Under the pieces are notes generated by a model. That model was not told the DNA's origin and ran no database searches. It saw nothing but the letters and a program-made list of their open reading frames with translations. This document shows, in pieces, positions 1-15,409 of a stretch of DNA of 64,000 nucleotides (position 1 is its first letter; each line of letters begins with the position of its first letter). The stretch comes from the human T2T-CHM13v2.0 reference genome, Homo sapiens. Made by a program: the position numbers and the translations under genes. Location: the NCBI RefSeq assembly GCF_009914755.1, contig NC_060935.1; one strand, given 5' to 3'.

Positions 1-180
1 TAAATTCATATGGCTAACGCAAATTTATTTTCTGTAGGCATAACATCAAAAACACCTGGCAGGATTGCCCCATTCCCAGCACTGTCTATTTCTCCCCTAG
101 TATCAGTGGGACTCCACTGATGCACAGCTGTGATCTACTAAAACTTCTCTCAAAACTTTCTCCTCTCCTTAGGTCAGCAG

Positions 181-209
181 CCCCGCCCCTGATCTATTTG
201 GAAATCCCC
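181..209. promoter_or_regulatory. GC box plus NF-kB-type site upstream of FUT4
   Basis: CCCCGCCCC at 181-189 (Sp/KLF); GGAAATCCCC at 200-209 (reverse GGGGATTTCC fits GGGRNYYYCC); motif match only. Confidence 0.45.
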
Positions 210-769
210 TGAATAAAAGTTGAATATCATAAACCAAAGCGAACACCCAGAAATTCAAATTCAACCCGTAGGTAAAAAATTTCTCAAGTGACTGTAGACG
301 TAGATGTCTCCAGTGTCGCCTAATAAGGTAGAAGAGGCCAGTGCGATACTGTCTTTACACCCTTAACTTGGGTGCTAGAATATTTATCTTCGTCATCATT
401 TTATCATCCAAACTATTTTGCATAACTTTCATGGGTGCAGAAAATGTTTTTTAAGTGCTTGGTAAAATTAATAGTGATATTCATTCATTCATCTCACTGA
501 ACAGGCAATAAATTCCTTGACGACAAGGGCCTTGGGGGGGTCACATCTTCATCTTTGGTTTATGAGTCCTGTGCGTCTTGGTACAAGCAATACTACTATG
601 AGCCGGCAAGTCAGACTTATTTGGTAGGGGACCAAAGGAAAGAACATGTTTTGATTGCTAAGAAAACATTTTGTTCTCTATCCTTTACTGGGCTGGCAGG
701 CAAAGGAAATGTTCTTATGAGCACTCACATTGAAAACTTAAGTTCTTCACCAAATGCAGAGACTCTGAA

Positions 770-2790
770 GGCCACGCCGCTGCGGGCTGCCTCCACAATT
801 CGACCGTCTCGGCGGGCCACGAGATCCTGGCCACGGATGCGGTGGCCGCGCCTCTGCTCGCACGTTCCCCCGGCCTCTGGACTCCCTCCCTCCCTCAATC
901 CCTCCCTCCGGCGGGCGTCGCTGGCGGGTGGCTAGGCCCAACGGCAGGAAGCCGACGCTATCCTCCGTTCCGCGGCGCCGGGTCCGCCTTCCGTCTGTTC
1001 TAGGGCCTGCTCCTGCGCGGCAGCTGCTTTAGAAGGTCTCGAGCCTCCTGTACCTTCCCAGGGATGAACCGGGCCTTCCCTCTGGAAGGCGAGGGTTCGG
1101 GCCACAGTGAGCGAGGGCCAGGGCGGTGGGCGCGCGCAGAGGGAAACCGGATCAGTTGAGAGAGAATCAAGAGTAGCGGATGAGGCGCTTGTGGGGCGCG
1201 GCCCGGAAGCCCTCGGGCGCGGGCTGGGAGAAGGAGTGGGCGGAGGCGCCGCAGGAGGCTCCCGGGGCCTGGTCGGGCCGGCTGGGCCCCGGGCGCAGTG
1301 GAAGAAAGGGACGGGCGGTGCCCGGTTGGGCGTCCTGGCCAGCTCACCTTGCCCTGGCGGCTCGCCCCGCCCGGCACTTGGGAGGAGCAGGGCAGGGCCC
1401 GCGGCCTTTGCATTCTGGGACCGCCCCCTTCCATTCCCGGGCCAGCGGCGAGCGGCAGCGACGGCTGGAGCCGCAGCTACAGCATGAGAGCCGGTGCCGC
1501 TCCTCCACGCCTGCGGACGCGTGGCGAGCGGAGGCAGCGCTGCCTGTTCGCGCCATGGGGGCACCGTGGGGCTCGCCGACGGCGGCGGCGGGCGGGCGGC
1601 GCGGGTGGCGCCGAGGCCGGGGGCTGCCATGGACCGTCTGTGTGCTGGCGGCCGCCGGCTTGACGTGTACGGCGCTGATCACCTACGCTTGCTGGGGGCA
1701 GCTGCCGCCGCTGCCCTGGGCGTCGCCAACCCCGTCGCGACCGGTGGGCGTGCTGCTGTGGTGGGAGCCCTTCGGGGGGCGCGATAGCGCCCCGAGGCCG
1801 CCCCCTGACTGCCGGCTGCGCTTCAACATCAGCGGCTGCCGCCTGCTCACCGACCGCGCGTCCTACGGAGAGGCTCAGGCCGTGCTTTTCCACCACCGCG
1901 ACCTCGTGAAGGGGCCCCCCGACTGGCCCCCGCCCTGGGGCATCCAGGCGCACACTGCCGAGGAGGTGGATCTGCGCGTGTTGGACTACGAGGAGGCAGC
2001 GGCGGCGGCAGAAGCCCTGGCGACCTCCAGCCCCAGGCCCCCGGGCCAGCGCTGGGTTTGGATGAACTTCGAGTCGCCCTCGCACTCCCCGGGGCTGCGA
2101 AGCCTGGCAAGTAACCTCTTCAACTGGACGCTCTCCTACCGGGCGGACTCGGACGTCTTTGTGCCTTATGGCTACCTCTACCCCAGAAGCCACCCCGGCG
2201 ACCCGCCCTCAGGCCTGGCCCCGCCACTGTCCAGGAAACAGGGGCTGGTGGCATGGGTGGTGAGCCACTGGGACGAGCGCCAGGCCCGGGTCCGCTACTA
2301 CCACCAACTGAGCCAACATGTGACCGTGGACGTGTTCGGCCGGGGCGGGCCGGGGCAGCCGGTGCCCGAAATTGGGCTCCTGCACACAGTGGCCCGCTAC
2401 AAGTTCTACCTGGCTTTCGAGAACTCGCAGCACCTGGATTATATCACCGAGAAGCTCTGGCGCAACGCGTTGCTCGCTGGGGCGGTGCCGGTGGTGCTGG
2501 GCCCAGACCGTGCCAACTACGAGCGCTTTGTGCCCCGCGGCGCCTTCATCCACGTGGACGACTTCCCAAGTGCCTCCTCCCTGGCCTCGTACCTGCTTTT
2601 CCTCGACCGCAACCCCGCGGTCTATCGCCGCTACTTCCACTGGCGCCGGAGCTACGCTGTCCACATCACCTCCTTCTGGGACGAGCCTTGGTGCCGGGTG
2701 TGCCAGGCTGTACAGAGGGCTGGGGACCGGCCCAAGAGCATACGGAACTTGGCCAGCTGGTTCGAGCGGTGAAGCCGCGCTCCCCTGGAA
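770..2790. promoter_or_regulatory. CpG island covering the FUT4 promoter and whole CDS
   Basis: Very high GC and CpG density versus AT-rich, CpG-poor flanks; edges estimated by eye. Confidence 0.9.
1180..2772 (+). CDS. FUT4: Alpha-(1,3)-fucosyltransferase 4 (GT10), single-exon CDS, 530 aa long form; 405 aa form from Met126 at 1555
   Basis: Uninterrupted ORF; type II TM segment LPWTVCVLAAAGLTCTALITYACW; GT10 motifs VLFHHRD, WVWMNFESPS, FNWTLSYRADSD, YKFYLAFENSQHLDYITEKLWRNA; second ATG at 1555 in strong Kozak context gccATGg. Confidence 0.99.
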   Translation: MRRLWGAARKPSGAGWEKEWAEAPQEAPGAWSGRLGPGRSGRKGRAVPGWASWPAHLALAARPARHLGGAGQGPRPLHSGTAPFHSRASGERQRRLEPQLQHESRCRSSTPADAWRAEAALPVRAMGAPWGSPTAAAGGRRGWRRGRGLPWTVCVLAAAGLTCTALITYACWGQLPPLPWASPTPSRPVGVLLWWEPFGGRDSAPRPPPDCRLRFNISGCRLLTDRASYGEAQAVLFHHRDLVKGPPDWPPPWGIQAHTAEEVDLRVLDYEEAAAAAEALATSSPRPPGQRWVWMNFESPSHSPGLRSLASNLFNWTLSYRADSDVFVPYGYLYPRSHPGDPPSGLAPPLSRKQGLVAWVVSHWDERQARVRYYHQLSQHVTVDVFGRGGPGQPVPEIGLLHTVARYKFYLAFENSQHLDYITEKLWRNALLAGAVPVVLGPDRANYERFVPRGAFIHVDDFPSASSLASYLLFLDRNPAVYRRYFHWRRSYAVHITSFWDEPWCRVCQAVQRAGDRPKSIRNLASWFER

Positions 2791-3645
2791 GCGACCCAGG
2801 GGAGGCCAAGTTGTCAGCTTTTTGATCCTCTACTGTGCATCTCCTTGACTGCCGCATCATGGGAGTAAGTTCTTCAAACACCCATTTTTGCTCTATGGGA
2901 AAAAAACGATTTACCAATTAATATTACTCAGCACAGAGATGGGGGCCCGGTTTCCATATTTTTTGCACAGCTAGCAATTGGGCTCCCTTTGCTGCTGATG
3001 GGCATCATTGTTTAGGGGTGAAGGAGGGGGTTCTTCCTCACCTTGTAACCAGTGCAGAAATGAAATAGCTTAGCGGCAAGAAGCCGTTGAGGCGGTTTCC
3101 TGAATTTCCCCATCTGCCACAGGCCATATTTGTGGCCCGTGCAGCTTCCAAATCTCATACACAACTGTTCCCGATTCACGTTTTTCTGGACCAAGGTGAA
3201 GCAAATTTGTGGTTGTAGAAGGAGCCTTGTTGGTGGAGAGTGGAAGGACTGTGGCTGCAGGTGGGACTTTGTTGTTTGGATTCCTCACAGCCTTGGCTCC
3301 TGAGAAAGGTGAGGAGGGCAGTCCAAGAGGGGCCGCTGACTTCTTTCACAAGTACTATCTGTTCCCCTGTCCTGTGAATGGAAGCAAAGTGCTGGATTGT
3401 CCTTGGAGGAAACTTAAGATGAATACATGCGTGTACCTCACTTTACATAAGAAATGTATTCCTGAAAAGCTGCATTTAAATCAAGTCCCAAATTCATTGA
3501 CTTAGGGGAGTTCAGTATTTAATGAAACCCTATGGAGAATTTATCCCTTTACAATGTGAATAGTCATCTCCTAATTTGTTTCTTCTGTCTTTATGTTTTT
3601 CTATAACCTGGATTTTTTAAATCATATTAAAATTACAGATGTGAA

Positions 3646-3651
3646 AATAAA
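3646..3651 (+). terminator. Candidate proximal polyadenylation signal of FUT4
   Basis: AATAAA followed by T-rich and GT-rich downstream sequence (ctttttcc, tctgtgttt). Confidence 0.5.
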
Positions 3652-4779
3652 GCAGAAGCAACCTTTTTCCCTCTTCCCAGAAAACCAGTCTGTGTTTACA
3701 GACAGAAGAGAAGGAAGCCATAGTGTCACTTCCACACAATTATTTATTTCATGTCTTTACTGGACCTGAAATTTAAACTGCAATGCCAGTCCTGCAGGAG
3801 TGCTGGCATTACCCTCTGCAGAACAGTGAAAGGTATTGCACTACATTATGGAATCATGCAAAAGGAAAAAAAGTTTCATGATATCTGTTGTTGGCAGTTT
3901 TTGTTTATCTCTGACAGTTTTTAGTTAAATGTTTAGATCCTCAGAACTACATTAGTGCCTACTATTAACTTACTCTGTCTCTTGTTAAAGGCTAAATCTG
4001 CGCTTCTCCCTGGTGCCAGCAGGTTCCCCTCACAGTCAATGCAGTGGTATAGCATATCCTCACATTTCTAGTGCCCTTGAGACTGTGCTATGGAACCAAT
4101 CTTGAACATACATGCATTGACTTGACAAGTTACTGAGTAAGCAGCATATTCAGCAGGTGCCACTACATGCCTACTCTGCCAGACACTGAGCTTGGGGCCC
4201 TAGGGAAGATAGAGAATTATACAAGGCAAAGTCCTTCTCTTTAGGGCTCTTACAATCTATCACTTCCAAAAAGTAAATGGTGACTGATAAAACAATTGGC
4301 AGAACCTGTTTGATTACTGTGACAGTCTTAATGATACCATAAATCAATATTAGAAAGCTAGTTGACTTAAAGCCTGAAATAATGGGAGTTTTCTCCTCCA
4401 CTTATTAGAATAAGGACCCTCAGTGACTAATTATTGTGGGTAGGGTCAAGATTAACTAGTTTTATACAGAGTTCTGCTGTAAATAGTCATTTTGCATTTG
4501 ATTAGTGCAGTTCTCTGAATCATAAAGCAAGTTTTACCTCTCTGTACATGTTTTTGCAGACATACTTGAAAAGCTCACTTAAATCTAGGTGCTTCAATTC
4601 ACTTTCTTGAGAGGACAAATGAAAAGCTGTGGAGAAAATGTCCTCATTAAAGTATTAAAGTGTGGGCAGAATTACAATTACAAAGTGCCAGCCACCGAAT
4701 AAAGATAAAAGTTCAGTTCTTAAAATGAGTTTTTATGAGATAACAGTCAGTGATCTTGGTGTTACCGGGATTCCACATG

Positions 4780-4985
4780 GGGCAGTGGGAAAGAGTTCAG
4801 GTTTTGAAGGTAACCTAGTTTAGATTTGAATTCCAGCTATGTGGCATTGGGTAAATTAGTAGTAGTCCTGAGCCTCAGCGTCCTCATCTATAAAATGACT
4901 GGCGAAAATACTTCACAAGCTCATTTTGAGCACTTTAGGAAGTAAGTGAAAGTACCTAAAATAGCAGGCACCCAATTGATGATTT
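4780..4985 (+). mobile_element. MIR SINE in FUT4 3'UTR
   Basis: MIR core gagcctcagcgtcctcatctataaaatg. Confidence 0.65.
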
Positions 4986-5293
4986 TATATCTTCCTTCTT
5001 TGCTTGCAGTGATTTCAGGATGTCCTCATATCTATTTATAGGTCTAAAATTATATCTTAAGGTATGTTGTAGAATAAATTAAAAGGATAATCTAAATCAC
5101 CATTTAGATTAAGCTTGACTTGCAAACTAGGAAGAAGCACCTAGGCTTTCTTTGAAAATATTTTTTTGGTTCGTTTTGGTAAAGCTCTATAAATTGGTAT
5201 CTATTATTTTACCAATTTTTTTTTAGTATTAAGTCCATTTAGAACTAACCATATTATTTATGGAATAATTAGCATGAGGAAGGTATAATTGCA

Positions 5294-5588
<295 letters not shown>

Positions 5589-5974
5589 ATTGCATTTTTA
5601 TTCACATACACATTGTTAATGTGGAACAATTTAACACTAATCTCATCAGAGAGCGAGATGAATGTGGCAATTGCTCATTTTATTTTGCATATATTAAATT
5701 GAGTAGGTTCAGCTCTAACATACCTTAAGAAAAATGCATATCGGTGCACTGTATGTATTTCAAAATGCCTTTCCTATGATTGTCATGTCCTCCTTTAAGG
5801 CTTTTCCCTCAAATTTATTACAAATTTAGTATTTTTAGTACTTGATGACTCTAATTACATGAATGCACCTGGAATGACATTTGTAACAGAAGACGGTCTG
5901 ACTTGCTTTCAGTATTCACAAGTTCTTTCCAGTTTCCAAGTCTTTTCCTAGCAGTAATTTAGGGGAGACAGAGG

Positions 5975-6175
5975 AGTTTCATGTAAAGAGCATGCAGTTT
6001 GGAGTCAGAACCTGGGTATGACTCTGTGGCCTTGATGAAGCAAGTTACTTAAACTCTTGAGTTTTAGCTTTCTCCTTTACAATGCATGAATGCCTATCCC
6101 CCTACAAAACAAAGATTAAATGTGATGATGTATGCCAAGGTGCTTTGTATATTGTAAAGTGCTATATAATTATAA
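5975..6175 (+). mobile_element. MIR SINE
   Basis: gcaagttacttaaactcttgagttttagctttctcc core. Confidence 0.6.
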
Positions 6176-6920
6176 GATGTTCTAAATTTTCAAGGATCTA
6201 AACCAGGGATTGGCAAACGTTTTTCCAGGGAGTAAATATTTTACGCTTTGCATATATAATTTATGGAGGTGTTGAGAGGATAGATTAGACACTTGAAGTA
6301 CTCAGGATAGTGCCTGGCATGTAGGAAGCACCTGGAAAATATTCGCTGTGATTACCATCAGTCCATTTTACCGAGGAAGGAGCCAAGGTCCAGGCCCACT
6401 GAAGGACTTGCATAACATTACAATAGCAGTGGCAGAACCAGCCATGCTTCTGCAAATCACAACCTCTTTGAGCCTCTGTCACCTGAACTGCAAAATGAGT
6501 GGGTTAGACAAAATCATCTGTTGGGACCTCCTAGTTCCACGTGCTATCATTCTACTAACTGGCACCCTAAGGTTGAAAGTGCTTATCTGCTTTCCAATGT
6601 GGCTTCCTTACAGTCTGGAACTGACAATATGCAGGAGCAGTAAACTGGCAGAAAACCAGGAATCAGAGAAAGAAAATATAATTTAACTTTAAAGATGTAA
6701 ATTATATATATAGTATATTATATATATTTTTAAAGCTTTATATGCCTCAAATATCAGGGAAAGGAGCCAAGTCCTTGGTATTTAGTTTGGTGAATACTTG
6801 CATTGAATACATGTCAAGATGTCAAGTCATTTTTGAATGTGTCTCAGGGATTTCTATGCTACACATTCTTTTAACAAATCAAGTATTTATGTACACATGT
6901 TCAGATTTTTTGACAAAATG

Positions 6921-6926
6921 ATTAAA
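6921..6926 (+). terminator. Candidate distal polyadenylation signal of FUT4
   Basis: ATTAAA with upstream TGTA and downstream ctctgtttataatgt; gives a transcript of about 6 kb. Confidence 0.6.
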
Positions 6927-7440
6927 ATAATGAGATGGAAAATGACTCTGTTTATAATGTATATCCTCCATGCACTAATGTGTTCAGTCGTCACCCATGG
7001 GATATTTCTTGGCTTGGGGCAGTTTCTGTAAGTTCACTAGTTCTAGATTGGTAATTGGAATGTGATGGCTTTGCCTCTTCTGTGTTGCACAAAGTCCAAT
7101 TCAGCCTGTCCTCTTGTTCTTTCTTGCCTGTCTTTTCCACTTTATTCTGAGGAATCATCTCCAAGGGCATAAGTAGTATACTCCTTTCTCTCAGTCCAGT
7201 TTATTTTCCTGAGTGCTCTGATGTGATGCCCTCCATGTATTGTCTCTAGCTCCTGTTCACTAAATTAAATGCCATTTTAAAAAGAGTAGGATCAGAACTG
7301 GGAACATGATGATGGGCAGAGAGAAGGGGAGGCAAGCTTTCTTCTTAACAGCCGATGCTTAAATTATTGAAATAGGAAAATACGAAGTGGTAATAAACAC
7401 TAACTATTGTCTCTTCTTTCCTACCTGCCCTCCTCCAACA

Positions 7441-7490
7441 CCACACACACGCACGCACGCACACACACATGCATGCACACACACACACTC
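7441..7490. repeat. Imperfect (CA)n microsatellite
   Basis: cacacacacgcacgcacgcacacacacatgcatgcacacacacacac. Confidence 0.85.
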
Positions 7491-8173
7491 TGACATGTTC
7501 ATTTAAGCACAGACTTTGAAAAATTATGATGGCCAGCTGAAGATAGGAGCAGGATTGGCAAGAAAAAAGGATTCAATAATGAATGAGTAAAAAGAAAAGT
7601 GCATTGTAAAATAGAGCAGGTGGTGAATATAGATGGGGAGTGAAGAGGAAAAGAAAGATGGGGGTGGGGATAAAAGTACAAAGTGAAGAGACGATCAGAT
7701 AGAAGAAAGGCAGAGGCTAGGAAACATGAGAAAAGTAGAGGAAAGATAAGTGTTAAACGGCAAGAGTGGCAGGACAAAGGAGGAACATATGCGGCAAGAA
7801 TGAGGAAATAGGTTAAAATCTACCATTCTCTGCCACAATGCTGAAAAGAAACCTTTGCTCCAGCTTGAAACGCAGCATCTGTCAGCAAATGGGGAGTCAA
7901 ATCAAGAAGTCTGAACTCACTGACAGGGAAAGTCAGAAACTTAACAAGAAATCACCTAACATTTTAGCAGAAATATAGAACTGTCCCTTGATTCATGACA
8001 ACAGATTCTTGAACTTGAATGAATGGTCCTTTTCTTCATCTTGGAAAATTCGCATTCATGGCCACTTTTTCATTTCTAGACAGCATATTTCATCTGTACT
8101 CAATATTCACTTTTAAAGAAGTATATTTTGTTATGTTGTCATAATCACCAATTTACTGTTTTAAAGAATAGAA

Positions 8174-8495
<322 letters not shown>

Positions 8496-8565
8496 TTAAA
8501 GAATTGGATTTTTATGATGGATTTATTTTCAGATCTTCAAATGAATGTTTTAAAAACTTACTGAA

Positions 8566-8852
8566 GCTGAGTGCAGTGGCTCATGCCTGTAATCACAGCA
8601 CTTTGGGAGGCCAAGGTGGTCGGGTCCCTTGAACTCAAGAGTTCAAGACCAGCCTGGGCAACACAGAGAAACCCTGTTACTACAGAAAATGCAAAAGTTA
8701 GCTGGGCATGGTAGCGCGCACCTGTAGTCCCAATGACTTAAGGGGCTGAGGCAGGAGGATCGCTTGAACTTAGAAGGTCAAGGCTACAGTGAGCCAAGAT
8801 CGCGCCACTGCACTCCAGCCTGGAGACAAAGAGATCCTATCCCAAAAAAAAA
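8566..8852 (+). mobile_element. AluJ
   Basis: Diverged Alu (gaggcaggaggatcgcttgaac, aggctacagtgagc); TSD-like aaaa(c/a)ttactgaa flanks. Confidence 0.92.
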
Positions 8853-9736
8853 TTACTGAATCTCACCTAATATACTAAAAAAAAAATGCCCTATGAGACC
8901 ATGAGTGCTAAGCATCTTAATCTGAATTATTTTTAAAAGGGGAAGAAATGGGACTAAAATCAGCAACTTTTAACCAACATTTTTCGAGTGGCTTCTATGT
9001 GCAGGCACTGTGCTAGGACTTCGGGATGTAAATAAAATTAAAGCAGGGACCCTGCACTCAAAATAGTCTGTTGGACAAGCGTATGCCTTGTCAGGGAAAC
9101 AGTCGTGTTGAGAAATAATCCCAACACATGATATATATGTTAGATCAAATGTAGAACCAAATAATTTAAATAACTGTCAGTAGGAGCCTCAGAGTTGTCA
9201 GAGGATTGCATTTCAGGAATGAATGTCCTTCATCAAAAACTAAGTCATCTTAATGTTATTTCTGGGAAATATAAGTGCTGCAGGCTCCAGTCTCAGCACT
9301 TTAGGCACCTGATGGTTTTCACTAATACTGCAGTTAAAAATAAGTGTTATTATTAAGCATCACCTTCAAAATGATTAATCTCTATAGGGATTTTGTTCTC
9401 CTAGCAACTAGGAACACCTGCCCTTACCCTATGATTTTTCTGGTTCTCATATGTTAAGTACATGTTTTAAAAATCTCTGTTCCATTAGCTGAAACTTATT
9501 CTGAAATATAATTAAGCACATCCATCTTGGTGATCAAACAGTAACACCTTTAGATAACTTTAGATAACCTAGGGTTTATCAAGCCTTCTTGGGGAGGTAC
9601 AAATTTGTGGCTTTGAAGTTAGGATTCTTTGCCAGATGTTTTAATTCACTAATATTTGTTATTATTAAGCTCCTACTATACACAGGATGCTTTACCTAAG
9701 TATTGTTCTGTTTTTTAACTCTTTAGTTAAAGGCAT

Positions 9737-10572
<836 letters not shown>

Positions 10573-10646
10573 TTATCTCAATTTTTGAGATAAGAAAACT
10601 GAGAATCAACATGTTAATCATGGACAATTATGCAGATAGTAACTGA

Positions 10647-11069
<423 letters not shown>

Positions 11070-12228
11070 TGAAGCAGGAGACAGGACTGGGAAGGGCTTC
11101 TTGGACAAGGTGGGCTGACTCACTAGAGGCAATGCCTTGGGTGGTTGCCAGCAGTTCTTATGGTGTTTACAAGAGCCTACAAACCTTATGGTGAGGGCCA
11201 GTATCAGGTTAACAGCAGTTGTGATCTTGTGAGATAAGTATAATACTCTCCAGGTGGACATGACATGGGGCCACATGGGTAGCAGCCTTGCTGTTTCAGG
11301 TATCCAGTCCATGTGATTTGGAGTATAATCACCATCACTGGCCAGGATTACAGGAATCAGGGTCCAGGGTCGCTCTGGTACTGGGTTCCTCATCATTCTA
11401 CGAGCTTTCTAATTTTCTGCATTCCCAGTGATGGACAGGGAACACTGGTAATATAAAGAAACAGTACTGGCTCTAGAGTGATACAGAGTCAAGCCCATTG
11501 ATTCCAGGTCCCGACTTATTTCAGGTCCTGGATTTCCTCAGGTACTTTTAATTTATAATATTTTGTAATATGTGCCTATTCCTCCATATTTCCCAAGTTT
11601 GGGTTTGGAAATGTGGTACTGTAATTTTGGAGGACAGCCTCCCTGTTCACAGATTGGTGATTGCAGGTTTAGGCCATCTATAGTGGATGGGATCCAATCT
11701 TAACAAAATCTTTTTGCCTGTGAGTGAAGCGGGAGGGGAGGTGTGTGTGTACTGGGATGGGGGCATGGGGGTGAGCAGGGTGATGCTGCTGAGCTGTCCA
11801 CTGGGACTTCTGAACCCCAAATTTTTAACCTGAAAAACTTGAAGAACACTTGGCAAAGGAATTTGGTAGCTGTCCGCAACATTTTGGCCTAAGTATTGTT
11901 GATGTAGTGTGGATTTGTGGATTGTTCCTTATGTGGATTTTTCTACAACTGGAACACTAGAATGTACCTATCTCCTCTTAAATATCAGCTATGTCCTGTC
12001 TTGTTATCATGTCATTATGCTGGAACTATGATCATATGTAAGACATCTTTGTTGAGAATTATGTTTCTATTATTAATAGGTTTATATTACTTAAAATTTA
12101 AGCTGCAGGCAAACAGAAATAACTAGAAGCTGTAATAAAATTTGGGCACTAGTCATTCCAATTATCAGAGCTCAAATTTTTTTACTCTGATTTTCGGTAT
12201 TATTTTAATAATAACAGCCTGCCTAGCT

Positions 12229-12319
12229 GGCAGAGGTTGCAGCGAGCTGAGATCACACAACTGCACTCCAGGCTGGGCAAGAGAGACCCTGTCTCAAAAA
12301 ATGAAAAAAAAAAAAAAAA
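12229..12319 (+). mobile_element. Alu 3' fragment with A tail
   Basis: ggcagaggttgcagcgagctgagatc...gtctcaaaaa. Confidence 0.85.
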
Positions 12320-12994
12320 CCCAGACTAATTCGTTGCTTTTCTTTTCATAACTCATTATGCACATATTTATAGTTATTTTTATTACTTGGATTATATACT
12401 ATACCAATTTATTAAACTTAGAAGAAGCCACTGTGATGCCAAAAGTACATGTTCAAAGTACTTTTAATTTTCATGTTGCTCCTTCATGTGTAGCTACTTA
12501 ATTTATTCATTTTTTTTTCATTTGTCTAAGCGTAGCTGTGTCCCCAAACAATAATCAATGTGTCTCCTCCTCCTCCCTCTCTTCCCACTCCTATAATTCT
12601 CCTTTTTCCTCAATGTGGACTGGGCAGAATTCTAGTTATATTTCAGTTATTTGAACTTATACTTGAGATTAAATCTGCACCTATAGACTCTTGATGTAAT
12701 TGGAACAGTATGTAATAGCTTTGACTTGTCTGATTTGCCTGATCATCTTGATATTGTGCAAGTGATAAGACTAGTATTTCCAGAAAGATGCTGCCATAAA
12801 GGTTATCTGTGGCCAATCAATGTCCAAATATGTGTGTCTCCTACGACCTGGCATATATTATCTTCTACCACGATTACAATTTAGCTTAATCTGTATAAAT
12901 TCCATATCTGAAAACAGAGTGGTAGTGGGATAACTAGAAATCCAAAATCAGTCAGTCAATCAGATTTATTAATGCACAAGGATCACAGAGACAA

Positions 12995-14079
<1,085 letters not shown>

Positions 14080-15409
14080 GTTTGGGATACTCTGAATCAG
14101 GAGACTGAACTGGCCAATGTGCCAATAGCTTTGTGTGGCGCTATCCTAGATGTCAAGCCAGCACATTAGGAAGGTTAGGAAGGTTAGAATAGATTACCCC
14201 ACACAAATGACAGGCAGAAATCTTGGCATGAAATAATATTATTCATTTATTGAAAAGGACTGGTGTGATGTAAAGGTGATTAACTCATAGTAGCACAGAC
14301 AGCTTTGCTCTCTGATTCTCAGTCTGTAACGCAAATCAGAGAGATTGACTACAAAGTTCCCCTGTATTTCACTGGGCTATGTATCTGAGTTTTCAGAGCA
14401 CTATAAACACTTGGCTGGCAGTATTTTCTGAAGTTTTAAGTGAGTATCTATTTATCATGCCCCATACATAATTAAACATAAAATTCTTAGTAATTCAAAT
14501 GCCATTTTAAATGTTTCTTCTTTTTATACTTTTCTACATTATATTTATGCTTCCCATGAATCTTAACAAATTCCTTTTGAAGCCAAAAGAAATGAATGTC
14601 TTACTCATTACATCTTCCTTGCTCTGTTTGAAAGCACTTTATTTTGCCAGCATTCATCTAGCATGACTAATAAAGTTTTAAACTTATTTTTCATTGTTTC
14701 ATGCTAAAATAATCTAAAGTATTATATAGCATTTTGGAAAATTAGATGTACTCTCCTAGGTGTCTTCTTTAAAGATTTGTTAATGTCCTTTATTAACCAG
14801 TAATTCTATAAGCATGTAGCATATACCATTAACCACAATTATTTAGACATCAACTTTGGCAATCCTGCCATTCTGCTTAAAATTCCACTTGCATTCTCTT
14901 GATATTATGAATATAATATCTCACTTTATTTATTAAGTATAACAGTCTGGTGCCTAGACCCTAGACAGTAAGCAAGTTGAATTAAGGAAGAAAGATTAAA
15001 CTTATTTCTGTATATCATAATGTGTGAGAGTAAACAGTTTCATCCTACTTTAACTAGTATTCTGCTTTCTTAATTGCCAAAGTTGTTGAGTGATTTGAGA
15101 AACATGATTAAGGAGTTGGAATAAAGGTTCTTTATGGAAGCATGTGAAGTGATGAGACAATATAAACCAGAGAAGAAAAAGCTATGGGGGAATTTTCTCA
15201 TGGTCTTCAAGCATCTTTAATCATTCAACAAATATTTTGCCAAGTTGCTTGGCACTGTTCTAGTTGCTGGGGATAAAGCAGTGAACACTCAGGCAAGGCT
15301 CAAGTACTCGTGGTGGAATCTTCTGGAGGAAAGAGAAAATAAACAAGTAACTAAAGAAGTAATTTTCTATAGCATATGAGGGCTCATTGTTCAGAATGAT
15401 ATCCAGCAT

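Noticed and set aside
555-2917. Many long overlapping and antisense ORFs around FUT4 (e.g. 932-1630 -, 1477-2193 -, 2253-2825 +)
   Set aside because: Expected from stop-codon scarcity in a CpG island and from shadowing a real CDS; many start at non-ATG codons and show no domain signature
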